Shown: piece after piece, positions 16,997 through 26,147 of the stretch
Numbering within the stretch: position 1 is the stretch's first letter
Layout: every line of letters starts with the position of its first letter
DNA from: a virus
Taxonomy: Duplodnaviria > Caudoviricetes
Virus record (IMG/VR): IMGVR_UViG_2619619029_000002
Coordinates: 12,785-76,784 of that record
Length of the DNA stretch: 64,000 nt
Strand: one strand, 5' to 3'
Notes under the pieces: model-generated
Told to the model about the DNA's origin: nothing
The model's database searches: none
The model's input: only the letters and a program-made list of their open reading frames with translations
Translations under genes and position numbers: made by a program

Positions 16997-19513
16997 CTAC
17001 GGTGGAGGGGTGGAGGAAACCGTCATGGTGACGGACGCGGGGGTGGTGGGCGCCGCGCGCACGGTGACGGTGGTGTCGTTGGTGGAGTAGTTGCCCGTGG
17101 TGTCGATGGCCTTTACCCGCACCACGTGGTCTGCAGGCCCAGGCACGGGCCACTCGTGCGCGGTGGCGCGTACCTTGGAGATGAAGGTGGCCGAGGCCCA
17201 ATCCGCCCCGCCGTAGCGCAACTCGTAGGTGTCGCGGTCCAGGTCCGGAATCTCGCTCCACCGCAGCGTGGCCGTGTTGCCGTTGAGGGTGTAGCCGAGT
17301 CCCTGCACGTCCGAGGGCGGCGCCAGCTTGCCTTGCACGTTGAGCGAGGCCTCGGCGTAGGCGGTAACGAAGCCGTTGAGGACAGCCGCCACCTGTACGG
17401 AGTACGCGCCCGGGTTGATGTCGCGTAGCTCCCAGAAGTGCGTCTGCACCCCCGTCACCGTCGTCCAATTACCCCCGTCCACGCGCCAGCGCACCACGTA
17501 CTCGGTGGCGCTGGGGCGCTGCGCCCAGCGGGCGTTGAGGGACACCTTCACCCCGCCATTCGTCGTCTTGTAGAGGCTCTCCCCCAGCACGAGGTCCGCG
17601 GGTGGCGCCGAGGAAGGCAGCACGGAGGTGGGCACCGGCTGCAACTTCACGCCGAGCTCCACCTCGTCGTACTTCCCCGGGTGGTGGCGCAGCGCCGTGA
17701 CTTCGTAGAGGTGCGGCTCGACTTCGGCCACGCTGAGAATCCGCCACGTCGTGGGCGCCAAGTCGGACGCCGCGAGCACCCAGACGGCATTCCGGGCGGG
17801 CGCCACGGGGAACGGCGTGGCGACGGTGAGGGCCCGGTACGGCGCCGGCGCCGCGGGCGCCAGCTCGCGCTCCACCGCCGTCCCGTCCGGCATCACCACA
17901 GAGAGGGAGTACGTCTTCCCCGCCTCCAGGGTGACGTCCGCGTCCAGCTCTACCTGGGTGGCAGTGGCGGCCACCACGCGGCCGCCCCAGCGGCGCCCGG
18001 CCCGGTACGGGTCCTGAAGCTTCACCACCGCGCCGGGGTTGCGCAGGGCGCCCTCGAGTCCCGTCCGGAACACCACCGTCTCCGTCTCCAGCCTTTCGGT
18101 GAAGAGGAGCCACCGGCCCACCCGCTGCGCCTGGCCGCGCGAGGTGCACCCCAGCGCCACCACCTCGGTGGGGTTGTAGCCGTACTCGAGCAGGCCTTCC
18201 TCGTCCGTCACGTACTCCTTCGCCGACTTGTAGTGGTTGGCCGGGTCGTTCCACGTCACCAACGCGACGGTGTGCCGCGCGCGCCGGCCGCTGCTGGAGT
18301 ACGTGAAGAGTCCGTCCACCACGTTGGCCGGGGTGAAGAGGTACTCGGCGTCCCGGGGTGCGTCCTGGGCCACGTACACCGCCCCGCTGGCCCAGTACGT
18401 CAGGCTGCGGAAGACGGAGGCGAGGTTGTTCACCACCTGGTACGCGTCCGCCTGCGACTGGAGGTAGAGGTTGCAGCGGAAGCGCGGCTCCTGGCCGCCC
18501 TTCCCGTCCGGCACCAACTCGTCGCAGTAGCGGCCGATGGTGTACAGCCCCCACTTGTCGACGTGGGACTCGTTGAGGAAGCGCCCCAAGCCGTAGCGCT
18601 TCGTCGTCAGCAAGTCGTAGAAGCACCACGCAGGGTTGTCCGTCCACTCCACCTTGAAGGTGCCGTCCCAGGTGCCCGAGTACTCCCGCGTCAGCGGGTT
18701 GTAGTTGCTGGGCACCCGCACCTTCAGCCCCCGAATCCGGTACGAGCGCGTGGGCACCGTCTGAAACTGGTGCGCGGACACCTGGAGGGCGACCAGCGCG
18801 CTGTTGGGGTAGCTGAGCTTCTCGTCGATGAGGGTGGCGTAGGACTTCCACAGCGTCTTGTCCTGCAGGTTGGCCTGCGTGCTGTCCGCGGTGAGGCGCC
18901 GCACGCGGATGTCCCACGGCGCGCTGCCGGTGAGCTCCACGCGGTACGTCCGCTCGTAGGGGCTGGTGCACTTGCCGGCGATGACTCCCGCCCCCTCGAG
19001 GTCCTGCTCAACGTAGCCGCCGCCGTTGCTCTGCACGTCGATGGCGATGTGCACCAAGGACGGCATCAGGTCGCCGGTGAGCGCACTCTGGAAGGTGAGC
19101 TGCGGCACCTGCACGGTGATGCGCACCGCGTCCACGTTGGCGTCGCTGACGGTGCGGACGACGGGCGCGTTGCGCTTCACCTCGGTGTTGACGGAGAACT
19201 CCGCCTCCGCCGACGGAAAGCCGGGGATGTACTCCTGCCCCTGCGTCCCCTGCACGTCGTAGAGGGTGACGTCACGGAAGTTGTAGGTGTCGTTGGGATT
19301 CTGGACGACGACGCCGTCCAGGTAGACGGACTTCAGCTTGTCCACGAGCCCGACGATTTCCCCCTCGCAAAGCAAGTCCAGCACGCGGGCGTAGTTGGTG
19401 GACTTCAGCGTGTCCGGGAGCTCCACGGGCGTGCGCTGCGCGCCGCCACCGCCCTTGCCCCCATTCGCCCCGCCGTAGCCGATGAGGGGGGCCAGCTCAG
19501 ATTTCGACTTCAT
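16997..19513 (-). CDS. central tail tip / host-specificity protein (lambda gpJ-like)
   Basis: DLLCEGEIVGL, VPSNYNP..W.GTFK..WTDNPAWC.YDLL, GCTSRGQA.R.G.W.L, FN3 repeats. Confidence 0.95.
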   Translation of the reverse strand: MKSKSELAPLIGYGGANGGKGGGGAQRTPVELPDTLKSTNYARVLDLLCEGEIVGLVDKLKSVYLDGVVVQNPNDTYNFRDVTLYDVQGTQGQEYIPGFPSAEAEFSVNTEVKRNAPVVRTVSDANVDAVRITVQVPQLTFQSALTGDLMPSLVHIAIDVQSNGGGYVEQDLEGAGVIAGKCTSPYERTYRVELTGSAPWDIRVRRLTADSTQANLQDKTLWKSYATLIDEKLSYPNSALVALQVSAHQFQTVPTRSYRIRGLKVRVPSNYNPLTREYSGTWDGTFKVEWTDNPAWCFYDLLTTKRYGLGRFLNESHVDKWGLYTIGRYCDELVPDGKGGQEPRFRCNLYLQSQADAYQVVNNLASVFRSLTYWASGAVYVAQDAPRDAEYLFTPANVVDGLFTYSSSGRRARHTVALVTWNDPANHYKSAKEYVTDEEGLLEYGYNPTEVVALGCTSRGQAQRVGRWLLFTERLETETVVFRTGLEGALRNPGAVVKLQDPYRAGRRWGGRVVAATATQVELDADVTLEAGKTYSLSVVMPDGTAVERELAPAAPAPYRALTVATPFPVAPARNAVWVLAASDLAPTTWRILSVAEVEPHLYEVTALRHHPGKYDEVELGVKLQPVPTSVLPSSAPPADLVLGESLYKTTNGGVKVSLNARWAQRPSATEYVVRWRVDGGNWTTVTGVQTHFWELRDINPGAYSVQVAAVLNGFVTAYAEASLNVQGKLAPPSDVQGLGYTLNGNTATLRWSEIPDLDRDTYELRYGGADWASATFISKVRATAHEWPVPGPADHVVRVKAIDTTGNYSTNDTTVTVRAAPTTPASVTMTVSSTPPP

Positions 19514-20570
19514 GCGGTGCCTCCGGGTCTGCGCGCTTGGCGTTGTGCGAGAGGAAGCTCAGCGTCTGGTACGTGTGCGCGCCGTCCACGGTGATGCGCA
19601 CCACGGGCCCGCGTCCGCACGCCGCCACCTCCCGCACCACGCCGGGCTGGGCACCCAGCAGCAGCGCGCCGGGCACCAGGTGCCGCAACTCCACCCAGTC
19701 CGCCTCGGTGCGCACGCGGTGGTTGTACGTGCCCACGAAGGCGCGCCCGTCCTCCAGCTCCAACCGCCAGCACTCCGCCTCCAAGAGGGCCACGTCCGTG
19801 ACGGGGTACGCGCCCCACCGCAGCGTCGTCTCCTGCTGGGTGAGGACGCGCATGCCCACCTCCACCTCGCCGGCGGGCACCTCCCGCCCGTCGGCCAGGA
19901 GAATGGGCACCCACGGCGCCGGGCACCCGCCGCCCGAGGGCCCCTGCCCGCCCGGCCCCGTCTGCCCGCTGCCGTACTTCCCGCCGAAGCCGCCGCCCTC
20001 GCTCCACTCGGTGACGATGCCTGCGGAGATGACGCAGGAGCCCACCTCCAGCTCGCCGTAGCAGATGGGCACCGGGTGGCCCTGGGCCAGCGTGTTGACG
20101 GGCCCGTTGAAGGCGTAGTTGGGCTTGTTCTTCGGCTCCTCGTCTGGCGCCGCGGGCACAGGCGGGGCGAAGAGCATCTGCGAGACGCCGCCCACCACCA
20201 GGGAGGCGCCCATGGTGATGAGGGGCGTGCCGGCGCCGAAGCCGTAGGCCGAGAGGGCCGCGCCGCCCGCGATGAGGACGGCGCCCAGCACCACCTGGAA
20301 GACGCCCTGCTTCGCCCCGGCCAGCGCCGGCATGACGGTAATGACGGGCGCGTCGGCGGGGCGCGTCAGCTCGTCCTGGCCCACGTCGCGCTTGCCGACA
20401 AAGACGTGGAAGCCCGGCTCGCTGTGCGTCACCAGGTAGCGCGCGAAGCCCTCGCACACCGCAGAGAGAGCGCGCACGGCCTCCGCGGGCGAGGGCACGC
20501 TCAAGTCCAACCGCCAGACGCGGCCGAAGCGCCGGCCCAGCGGACCTCCGAGTACCACCGTCGTCAGCAT
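19497..20570 (-). CDS. tail assembly protein I (lambda gpI-like) fused to a C-terminal Hint/BIL domain
   Basis: LGGPLGRRFGR..EAVRAL..QGHPVPICYG (gpI); C-PAPWVPILLADG..TYNH..HTY...SHN (Hint). Confidence 0.88.
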   Translation of the reverse strand: MLTTVVLGGPLGRRFGRVWRLDLSVPSPAEAVRALSAVCEGFARYLVTHSEPGFHVFVGKRDVGQDELTRPADAPVITVMPALAGAKQGVFQVVLGAVLIAGGAALSAYGFGAGTPLITMGASLVVGGVSQMLFAPPVPAAPDEEPKNKPNYAFNGPVNTLAQGHPVPICYGELEVGSCVISAGIVTEWSEGGGFGGKYGSGQTGPGGQGPSGGGCPAPWVPILLADGREVPAGEVEVGMRVLTQQETTLRWGAYPVTDVALLEAECWRLELEDGRAFVGTYNHRVRTEADWVELRHLVPGALLLGAQPGVVREVAACGRGPVVRITVDGAHTYQTLSFLSHNAKRADPEAPHEVEI

Positions 20571-21295
20571 AGGGCGCGGTGTCGGACTACTTTCCGGGTG
20601 ATTCGCTCCCAGAAGCCCGAGTACGTCTCCCTTCCAGAGAGGCGATTCTGGAGGTGGTGGAGGACGACGTCCGCCCCCAAGTAGACGCCCGCGTGGTTGG
20701 GCACCGGGGCGCGCAATTGCATGAGGAGGACGTCATGCTCGCGCAGCGCCTGGCCGGTGACGTCCACGAAGCCCGCCTGGGCGTACCCCTCCAGGTAGAG
20801 GTTGCCGCCCTTGTCCCACCAGCCGTTCGGCCGGTGGAAGTCGGGCAGCTCAAGGCCCAGCCGCTCCTGGAAGTAGTCGCGGATGAGGGAGAAACAGTCC
20901 AGGACGCCGTGGCTGAAGGGGCGGCCCACCAGCGGCGGCCGGTACCCGGTGGGGTGCCACACCCGCCAGTGGCCCACGGGCACGTTGACGATGAGCCAGG
21001 GCAGGCCCCAGCGCTCCATGCTGACGCGGTCCGCCTCGCTCGGCTCCGGGGCGGCGTTGGGGTGAGAGTGCACCACCGCCACCACCTCCCCTTCCTCCTC
21101 CGCTCGTGCGTAGTCCTCCGGGTGGAGGATGAAGTGGGCTTGCCCCTCGGCCTGGTTACGGCAGGGCACGTACCGCTGCTCCCCGGCGACGGACACCACG
21201 AGGCCGCAGGACTCGCGGGGGAACTCGGTTCGCGCATGGCGCAGCGCTGCTTCGACGACAGCGCCTGAGAGGGAAAGCACGGCTAGAGCGCTCAT
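20564..21295 (-). CDS. tail assembly protein K (JAB/MPN + NlpC/P60)
   Basis: ESCG..HSHP....PSEAD; DCFSLIRDYF..NHAGVYLG..LHH. Confidence 0.93.
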   Translation of the reverse strand: MSALAVLSLSGAVVEAALRHARTEFPRESCGLVVSVAGEQRYVPCRNQAEGQAHFILHPEDYARAEEEGEVVAVVHSHPNAAPEPSEADRVSMERWGLPWLIVNVPVGHWRVWHPTGYRPPLVGRPFSHGVLDCFSLIRDYFQERLGLELPDFHRPNGWWDKGGNLYLEGYAQAGFVDVTGQALREHDVLLMQLRAPVPNHAGVYLGADVVLHHLQNRLSGRETYSGFWERITRKVVRHRALC

Positions 21296-21351
21296 CCTCC
21301 CATGCTGTTTTCCGGCGGAGGACGCCTTCCGCGTCGGAGCGCAGAAACCAC

Positions 21352-22695
21352 TCAGCTACTCCTTGTTTTCTGCAACGACTCGATTCCTTTCCGGTCAAAA
21401 CGAATAGACCCACCAGTCGGCAGAGGGAGCGACACTTCTGCAGACGCCCCAAGAATGGCGGAGGCCAAGCGCTCCGAAGCATCAAGCGGCTCCTCTGATG
21501 CCGTATCTGAGCCAAAGAGCCCTGAACTGAGCCGATCAATCAGAATCGTCGGCGGTTCTGTCCCCTTCTCGGTCTTCCACTCCAGCGCTGTTTCCACTAG
21601 CCAACTCGCGCGGTCGAGATCCAAGCCGAGCCGCTTCAGACGGAACTCCTCAGAGGCATGCTGCTCAAGCCAGCGATTATTCCACTTAATATAAAACACA
21701 AGAGCGCTCACAAACCCCGCCGTCAGCGCAGCCTGCTTCACACCCCAAAACACCCATGCAGCAACAGATATTGGAACACCAGTAACAATCAAGTACACAT
21801 TCACAACCGATGACACGACGGTCAAAACCAGGAGACTACCCGCAAGCCACAAGCTCGCATTCTTGACTGGATTCCTAAGCTCTTTCGTCCCCTCGGTCAG
21901 ACTGAATTTCTCAGCACTGGCCTGCAGCTCCCTTTTCTGGTCCTTCCGAATCTCACGGCGAACGTGGCGAGTGTCGCGGTCATCAATCTCTGCCATCCTT
22001 CGCGTGATTTCCTTTTCTCGCGCTTCCAGGCTGGCCTCGCGCTCCTGAAGCATCGACGCAATTCGATTTCGTTCAACCACATTTGCAACATCAAGTTCAT
22101 GCCGACGAGCAACATACTCTTCTTCAAGCCGTGCGCGCGTCGCAGCAATTCCATCTGCAAGCTTCGCCGCCATCGAGCGCCCAAGCTCTTCCACCTTAAG
22201 CAACTCAACTTCACGGCGCTCCAAGAATTGCTTAGTCTCCCCCAAGCGCCCAAGTTGGCCAACAATGCCATCTCGGGCATCAAGGGCGCGCACTGCCCTC
22301 TTAAATGCAGCAACAAACGAAACCACTGCGGCAACCACAGCCGGGGACTCCCCAATGTGATTAAACTCGCTCAGACTAACGGTCACGTTATCCAATGCAG
22401 TGCCGGCTGCTCGTTGGATTTGCACCGAAAACTGGCGGTTCCCGTACGCCATGCCGACAGCAAGACTCGTAATTGCCATCGACTCGCTCGGGAGCGAATC
22501 CAGAATCAGACGACATGTCTTCACAGACTCATCACGCGCTGACAAAGCGGGCCCTATATCCAGCGTCGCGTCGACACTGATGATTCTGAATCCAGACTTC
22601 ACCACATCAGCTTCCGAAAATACTCCAAGAATCGCCGACAACAGCCCTTGGTCTGTCTGTCGCACCGCTTGGAACGAGAAGTTTGACCACCCCAT
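21352..22695 (-). CDS. lower-GC coiled-coil + 2-TM membrane protein (moron)
   Basis: Inserted between L and K; long heptad region, then two hydrophobic helices. Confidence 0.8.
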   Translation of the reverse strand: MGWSNFSFQAVRQTDQGLLSAILGVFSEADVVKSGFRIISVDATLDIGPALSARDESVKTCRLILDSLPSESMAITSLAVGMAYGNRQFSVQIQRAAGTALDNVTVSLSEFNHIGESPAVVAAVVSFVAAFKRAVRALDARDGIVGQLGRLGETKQFLERREVELLKVEELGRSMAAKLADGIAATRARLEEEYVARRHELDVANVVERNRIASMLQEREASLEAREKEITRRMAEIDDRDTRHVRREIRKDQKRELQASAEKFSLTEGTKELRNPVKNASLWLAGSLLVLTVVSSVVNVYLIVTGVPISVAAWVFWGVKQAALTAGFVSALVFYIKWNNRWLEQHASEEFRLKRLGLDLDRASWLVETALEWKTEKGTEPPTILIDRLSSGLFGSDTASEEPLDASERLASAILGASAEVSLPLPTGGSIRFDRKGIESLQKTRSS

Positions 22696-22743
22696 TAGAC
22701 AACCCCCTTGTCGAGTCAACTAGCCAGCCGAGCCGACACTATC

Positions 22744-23439
22744 TCATCGGAGAAGGCCGACGCCGGGAAAGCCTCCGAAGGGAAGCACGGAGGTTTCCCC
22801 GTAGCGCAGCTTGCAGCTCCCCAGGCGCTTCCCGCACCGGTCCTCCTCTGGTGACGTCGTCGGGCTGTCGTCCACCTTCGCCACGGGCGGGCCCACGTAG
22901 CCGCAGCCCTCCTTCCGGTACTCCCACCCGCACATCTGCGTGATGACGCGCAGCGGGATGCGGATGCCGTCCAGGTCGCACCGCGCCGCGAGCGCGAACT
23001 CGATGAAGTGCTTCGACTCGGACGTCTTCTGGTCCACCACGAACTCGTCATCGGGGAATGCCTCCACCGGGCTGGCGGTGGGGTTGACGCCGCCAGGGAA
23101 GTTCACCGCGTCGAGGTAGCGCACGAAGGTGCGCTTGCGGAGGACGCGCGCGCCCAGCAAGTCGTTGAAGTCCCGGGCCAGCGCGCCAATGGTGCCCGCC
23201 ACGTTGGCCATGGTGAGCGTGGGCCGCGGTAGTCGCCCCGTGCCCGACTTCTCGAAGCCCCGCGCCTCCACGGGCCAAGGCTGGTACTCCGCGCCCTGCC
23301 ACACCACCGGCCCACCCAGCCCGTTGGTGCCCGCGTGGAAGTAGCTGATGCCTCCGCCAGCCAGTGACGTGGCGTCCAGGACGAAGAGCTCCACGAGGGC
23401 GCCCGGCTCCAGCTTCTGAATGTCCTCGGCGATGCTCAC
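22744..23439 (-). CDS. minor tail protein L (lambda gpL-like)
   Basis: VELFVLD..PTLTMAN..RKRTFVRYLDAVNF; Cys cluster C..YR...C.Y...C.KRL..C..R; GTGA coupling. Confidence 0.93.
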   Translation of the reverse strand: MSIAEDIQKLEPGALVELFVLDATSLAGGGISYFHAGTNGLGGPVVWQGAEYQPWPVEARGFEKSGTGRLPRPTLTMANVAGTIGALARDFNDLLGARVLRKRTFVRYLDAVNFPGGVNPTASPVEAFPDDEFVVDQKTSESKHFIEFALAARCDLDGIRIPLRVITQMCGWEYRKEGCGYVGPPVAKVDDSPTTSPEEDRCGKRLGSCKLRYGETSVLPFGGFPGVGLLR

Positions 23440-24026
23440 CCTGCTTCCTCCTGGAACTCGGCGGAGACGTCGTAGGCGTTGAAGCCCTTCAGCGTGCTCG
23501 TCCACCGCTCGCAGACGACGCGCAGCACTTGGGCGCCGGCCGCGGTGAAGGTGAGCTGGGCGCCTGCGGGCGGCGCTGCCGAGAAGGTGACGAGCCCGGA
23601 AGGGGCGAGGGAGTAGTCGGACCCCTCCGCCAGCAGCACCCCGGCGCGGTACACGAGCGGCGCAGCCTCCCAGCCCACGGCGGGCACCAGCTCGTCCACC
23701 GTCGCGTCCGGAGCCAAGGGGCGCTGCAAGAGGAACTGCGTCCTGGCCCCGTCCCCGATGCCGAACGCCTGGCCAGTGACGCCCCAGGCGCTGTCCGGTG
23801 CCACGAACTCGAAGGCGGCCACTCCGCGGTGCGCGCGGAGGAAGGCGTCCACCGCGTCTGCCTCTTCCTTTCGGCGGGCAGTGAACTGGAGGGACCAGCG
23901 CTGGAGGAGGCCCCGGGCACCGTCCTCCGAGCGCTGGGAGTAGCCGTCGCCGAACTGGGCCTTGCGCACGCGCGGCTGGCTCTCAAGCTGGGCGCCCCAA
24001 CTCGGCGTGAAGGGGAAGCGTTCCAT
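23436..24026 (-). CDS. minor tail protein M (lambda gpM-like) with an inserted ~85-aa domain
   Basis: VRKAQFGDGYSQR..W.L.F...FL..H.G..AF.F and C-terminal V.CE.W....SAEFQE. Confidence 0.85.
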   Translation of the reverse strand: MERFPFTPSWGAQLESQPRVRKAQFGDGYSQRSEDGARGLLQRWSLQFTARRKEEADAVDAFLRAHRGVAAFEFVAPDSAWGVTGQAFGIGDGARTQFLLQRPLAPDATVDELVPAVGWEAAPLVYRAGVLLAEGSDYSLAPSGLVTFSAAPPAGAQLTFTAAGAQVLRVVCERWTSTLKGFNAYDVSAEFQEEAG

Positions 24027-24333
24027 GGCGCCATGTTCGCGGCATGGGTGGACCGCGTCCCGCGCCAAACCCGAGGCGTATGTCGTCGCGGCAGTCCAGC
24101 AGTCTAAACGTGTCTACCAAAGTGCGTCATCCCCCTGCAGAGGTACATTCTTCTCTGCCGCATGCCGCTAGGCTTCTACTCCCGATGACGGCGGCATCGC
24201 GCCTCCTCATCCCAGGAAGCACACTCGATGGAGTCCGGGGTAGTTAGTGACTCACCTCTAGCTGCTTGCTTTTGCGCTCCAGTAGATCGCACTCTCCGCC
24301 GCAATTTCAGGCCCACATCAGAGGAAGCCAAGG

Positions 24334-25236
24334 ATGGCGAAGTCTCGTCGGATGACGGTTCATTTCTATCGCGTGAACATGCCCCAAGGGCACGAGTTCC
24401 AGACCCTCCTTAACACCGTGTTCGGATTCTCAGCCGCCGAGAGATCTATCGAAGTCGGTGGGGTCCCCTATCGTTTGGAGTCCCTCACGATGGACAGCAG
24501 ATACTGCGAAGGAGAAATGGTTCGACTGCGCGAAGACTACCACCCCGGCAAGTACCGCATGGATGCACAAGGGGCGACCGACCTTGGATTGGCGGAAGAT
24601 GAGCTCATTGGTGAAGAAACGGCTTTCATCTATGACACCAGCCTGAACATTTTGGGACTTCAAAAGGTTCATGGCGGCGTTGCGGCCGGTGCCTTTGCTG
24701 GCTACTTCCGCCGGTTCATCCCGACCGCAGCAGACGCATTTGGACTGGAGGTCGTGCTGAGTGCGGACCCGGTTCGCCAGATGACACAGTTGCGCGAAGT
24801 GAAAACGTTCGAGGTAGAAGTCGCAGCTGTGCCAACGGACGTGTTTCACGGGATGGACACGATGAAGGCCCTCGCGAGAACGCAGGCTGAGTCAGGCGCT
24901 ACCCGCGTTACCCTGTCACTGGGGATGGGGAGAACGCGTGGAGGCGCCATCGAACGCAATTTTGTGGACGGCCTTCTCAGTAATCTCCTGCGGGTCTTTG
25001 CCGAGGAAGAACATGGGAAGAACGCCATCAAGAAGCTCAAGGTAGGCGGCCCTACTGGAGAAGACCTTGAGGTGCCGATTATCGACCTGCTTTCCCATCG
25101 GCTGGTCCACTACCAACGGTATGAATGGGATGACAGATACGTCCCTTATACTATGCGGCGCCCCCTAGTTAAGTGGGCGTACGAGGCTAGGGAGAACGAA
25201 CTCCGAACCGCATATGGCCCCAGGGCAAATTTATGA
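24334..25236 (+). CDS. DUF6731/DUF4747-like protein, first gene of a lower-GC two-gene moron
   Basis: MTVHFYRV..EETAFIYD..LGLQ..IDLLSHRL pattern; family call tentative. Confidence 0.6.
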   Translation: MAKSRRMTVHFYRVNMPQGHEFQTLLNTVFGFSAAERSIEVGGVPYRLESLTMDSRYCEGEMVRLREDYHPGKYRMDAQGATDLGLAEDELIGEETAFIYDTSLNILGLQKVHGGVAAGAFAGYFRRFIPTAADAFGLEVVLSADPVRQMTQLREVKTFEVEVAAVPTDVFHGMDTMKALARTQAESGATRVTLSLGMGRTRGGAIERNFVDGLLSNLLRVFAEEEHGKNAIKKLKVGGPTGEDLEVPIIDLLSHRLVHYQRYEWDDRYVPYTMRRPLVKWAYEARENELRTAYGPRANL

Positions 25237-25829
25237 CGACTCAGAGTCCTTCAACTTCAACACTATCCAGGAAGAAGAAGGTCGCCATCATCTGGGAACG
25301 GGTGTACCCCAGCACTGTTGGAGTGATTGTGACTGCTGCGGCTGCGGGCGCTCGCTGGAAGTTTCCCGAGTGGAAGCTTCCCAGCGACCTGGGGCAACTT
25401 TTCTCGTCCACCCTGGACCTTGGAGCCATCGCTATCGGATTCTTGGCGACCGCCAAGGCTGTCTTGCTCTCGATCCAAGGGAGCCCTGCCGTTACGAAGA
25501 TGCGAGGAACCGGCCTGTATGAAGGACTACTCAGATTCATTCTGAGAGCTATTCAAGCAACCTTCACTCTGGCGGCGTATAGCCTCGTAGCTATTTTCCT
25601 TGAGAAGGCTTTCGATCATTCGACGCTAAAATGGCAACTTGTCGTGCTCATATGGATTTTCTTGGTCGTTACAGCAGGACTCGCTTGCTACCGCGTTATT
25701 GACGTCTTCTTCACGATCCTCAGCCCTCGCGACATTTCGACACTTGCTCCTAAGGAGCAGAGTAGTTCTGCTACACCTCTCACTATCCTTCCTCCTTCGC
25801 GGAAGGAACCGATGCAAGGTGATAACTGA
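25233..25829 (+). CDS. multi-pass (about 4 TM) membrane protein
   Basis: Four hydrophobic segments; ATGA-coupled to the previous gene. Confidence 0.8.
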   Translation: MTTQSPSTSTLSRKKKVAIIWERVYPSTVGVIVTAAAAGARWKFPEWKLPSDLGQLFSSTLDLGAIAIGFLATAKAVLLSIQGSPAVTKMRGTGLYEGLLRFILRAIQATFTLAAYSLVAIFLEKAFDHSTLKWQLVVLIWIFLVVTAGLACYRVIDVFFTILSPRDISTLAPKEQSSSATPLTILPPSRKEPMQGDN

Positions 25830-25849
25830 AACGCCCCTCCGTACTCGCT

Positions 25850-25976
25850 GCGGTGAGCCCCCTGAGCCATCCCCTCATTTGAAGATTCCCCTTGGAGAAC
25901 GCATGGGCAGCCGAGCGAGCAAGCTCAGAGGGGAAATCGAGAATGAGGGGATGCTTCAGGTGATCCCCCTCACCGC
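25850..25976. repeat. long imperfect inverted repeat (about 125-nt hairpin)
   Basis: 25861-25880 vs 25941-25960 17/20 complementary; GCGGTGAG/CTCACCGC outer pair; GATTCCCC/GGGGAAATC inner pair. Confidence 0.8.
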
Positions 25977-26138
25977 TTCCGGTTGACGAATCCTCCGGGC
26001 CGCATCTCCTCCAGCATGACCCGGCGGACAGCTCCACCCAGGTGCTGCCCAGGCGCCGCGACTCCTCCGTCGTGCCAAGCGTCTGGACGTCCGCGCTCAC
26101 CGAGCCGTCCTGGTGCACGTTGAGGGGCGGCACGGAGC
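25970..26138 (-). pseudogene. degenerate duplicate of the tape-measure gene 3' end
   Basis: Encodes VPPLNVHQDGSVSADVQ..GTTEESRRLG, a 1-nt deletion, then RRVMLEEMRPGGFVNRKR*; matches 29700-29890. Confidence 0.92.
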
Positions 26139-26147
26139 CAGCGTCCC

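Noticed and set aside
17438-19594. Long plus-strand ORFs opposite tail and head genes (e.g. 15080..16981, 17438..19594, 40461..42416, 55841..58009)
   Set aside because: Antisense shadows of high-GC3 genes; Arg/Ala/Pro-rich with no motifs.
19497-21295. Bil or CBASS defence operon (Ubl + JAB + Hint)
   Set aside because: No E1, E2 or CD-NTase; the genes are standard lambdoid I and K in tail synteny.
25850-25976. Retron msr-msd or DGR element
   Set aside because: No reverse transcriptase in the window, and no adenine-specific TR/VR pair seen; the TMP-end copies differ by indels and mixed substitutions.
25783-26133. 116-aa ORF as a real gene
   Set aside because: It is the frameshifted TMP remnant running into unrelated sequence.
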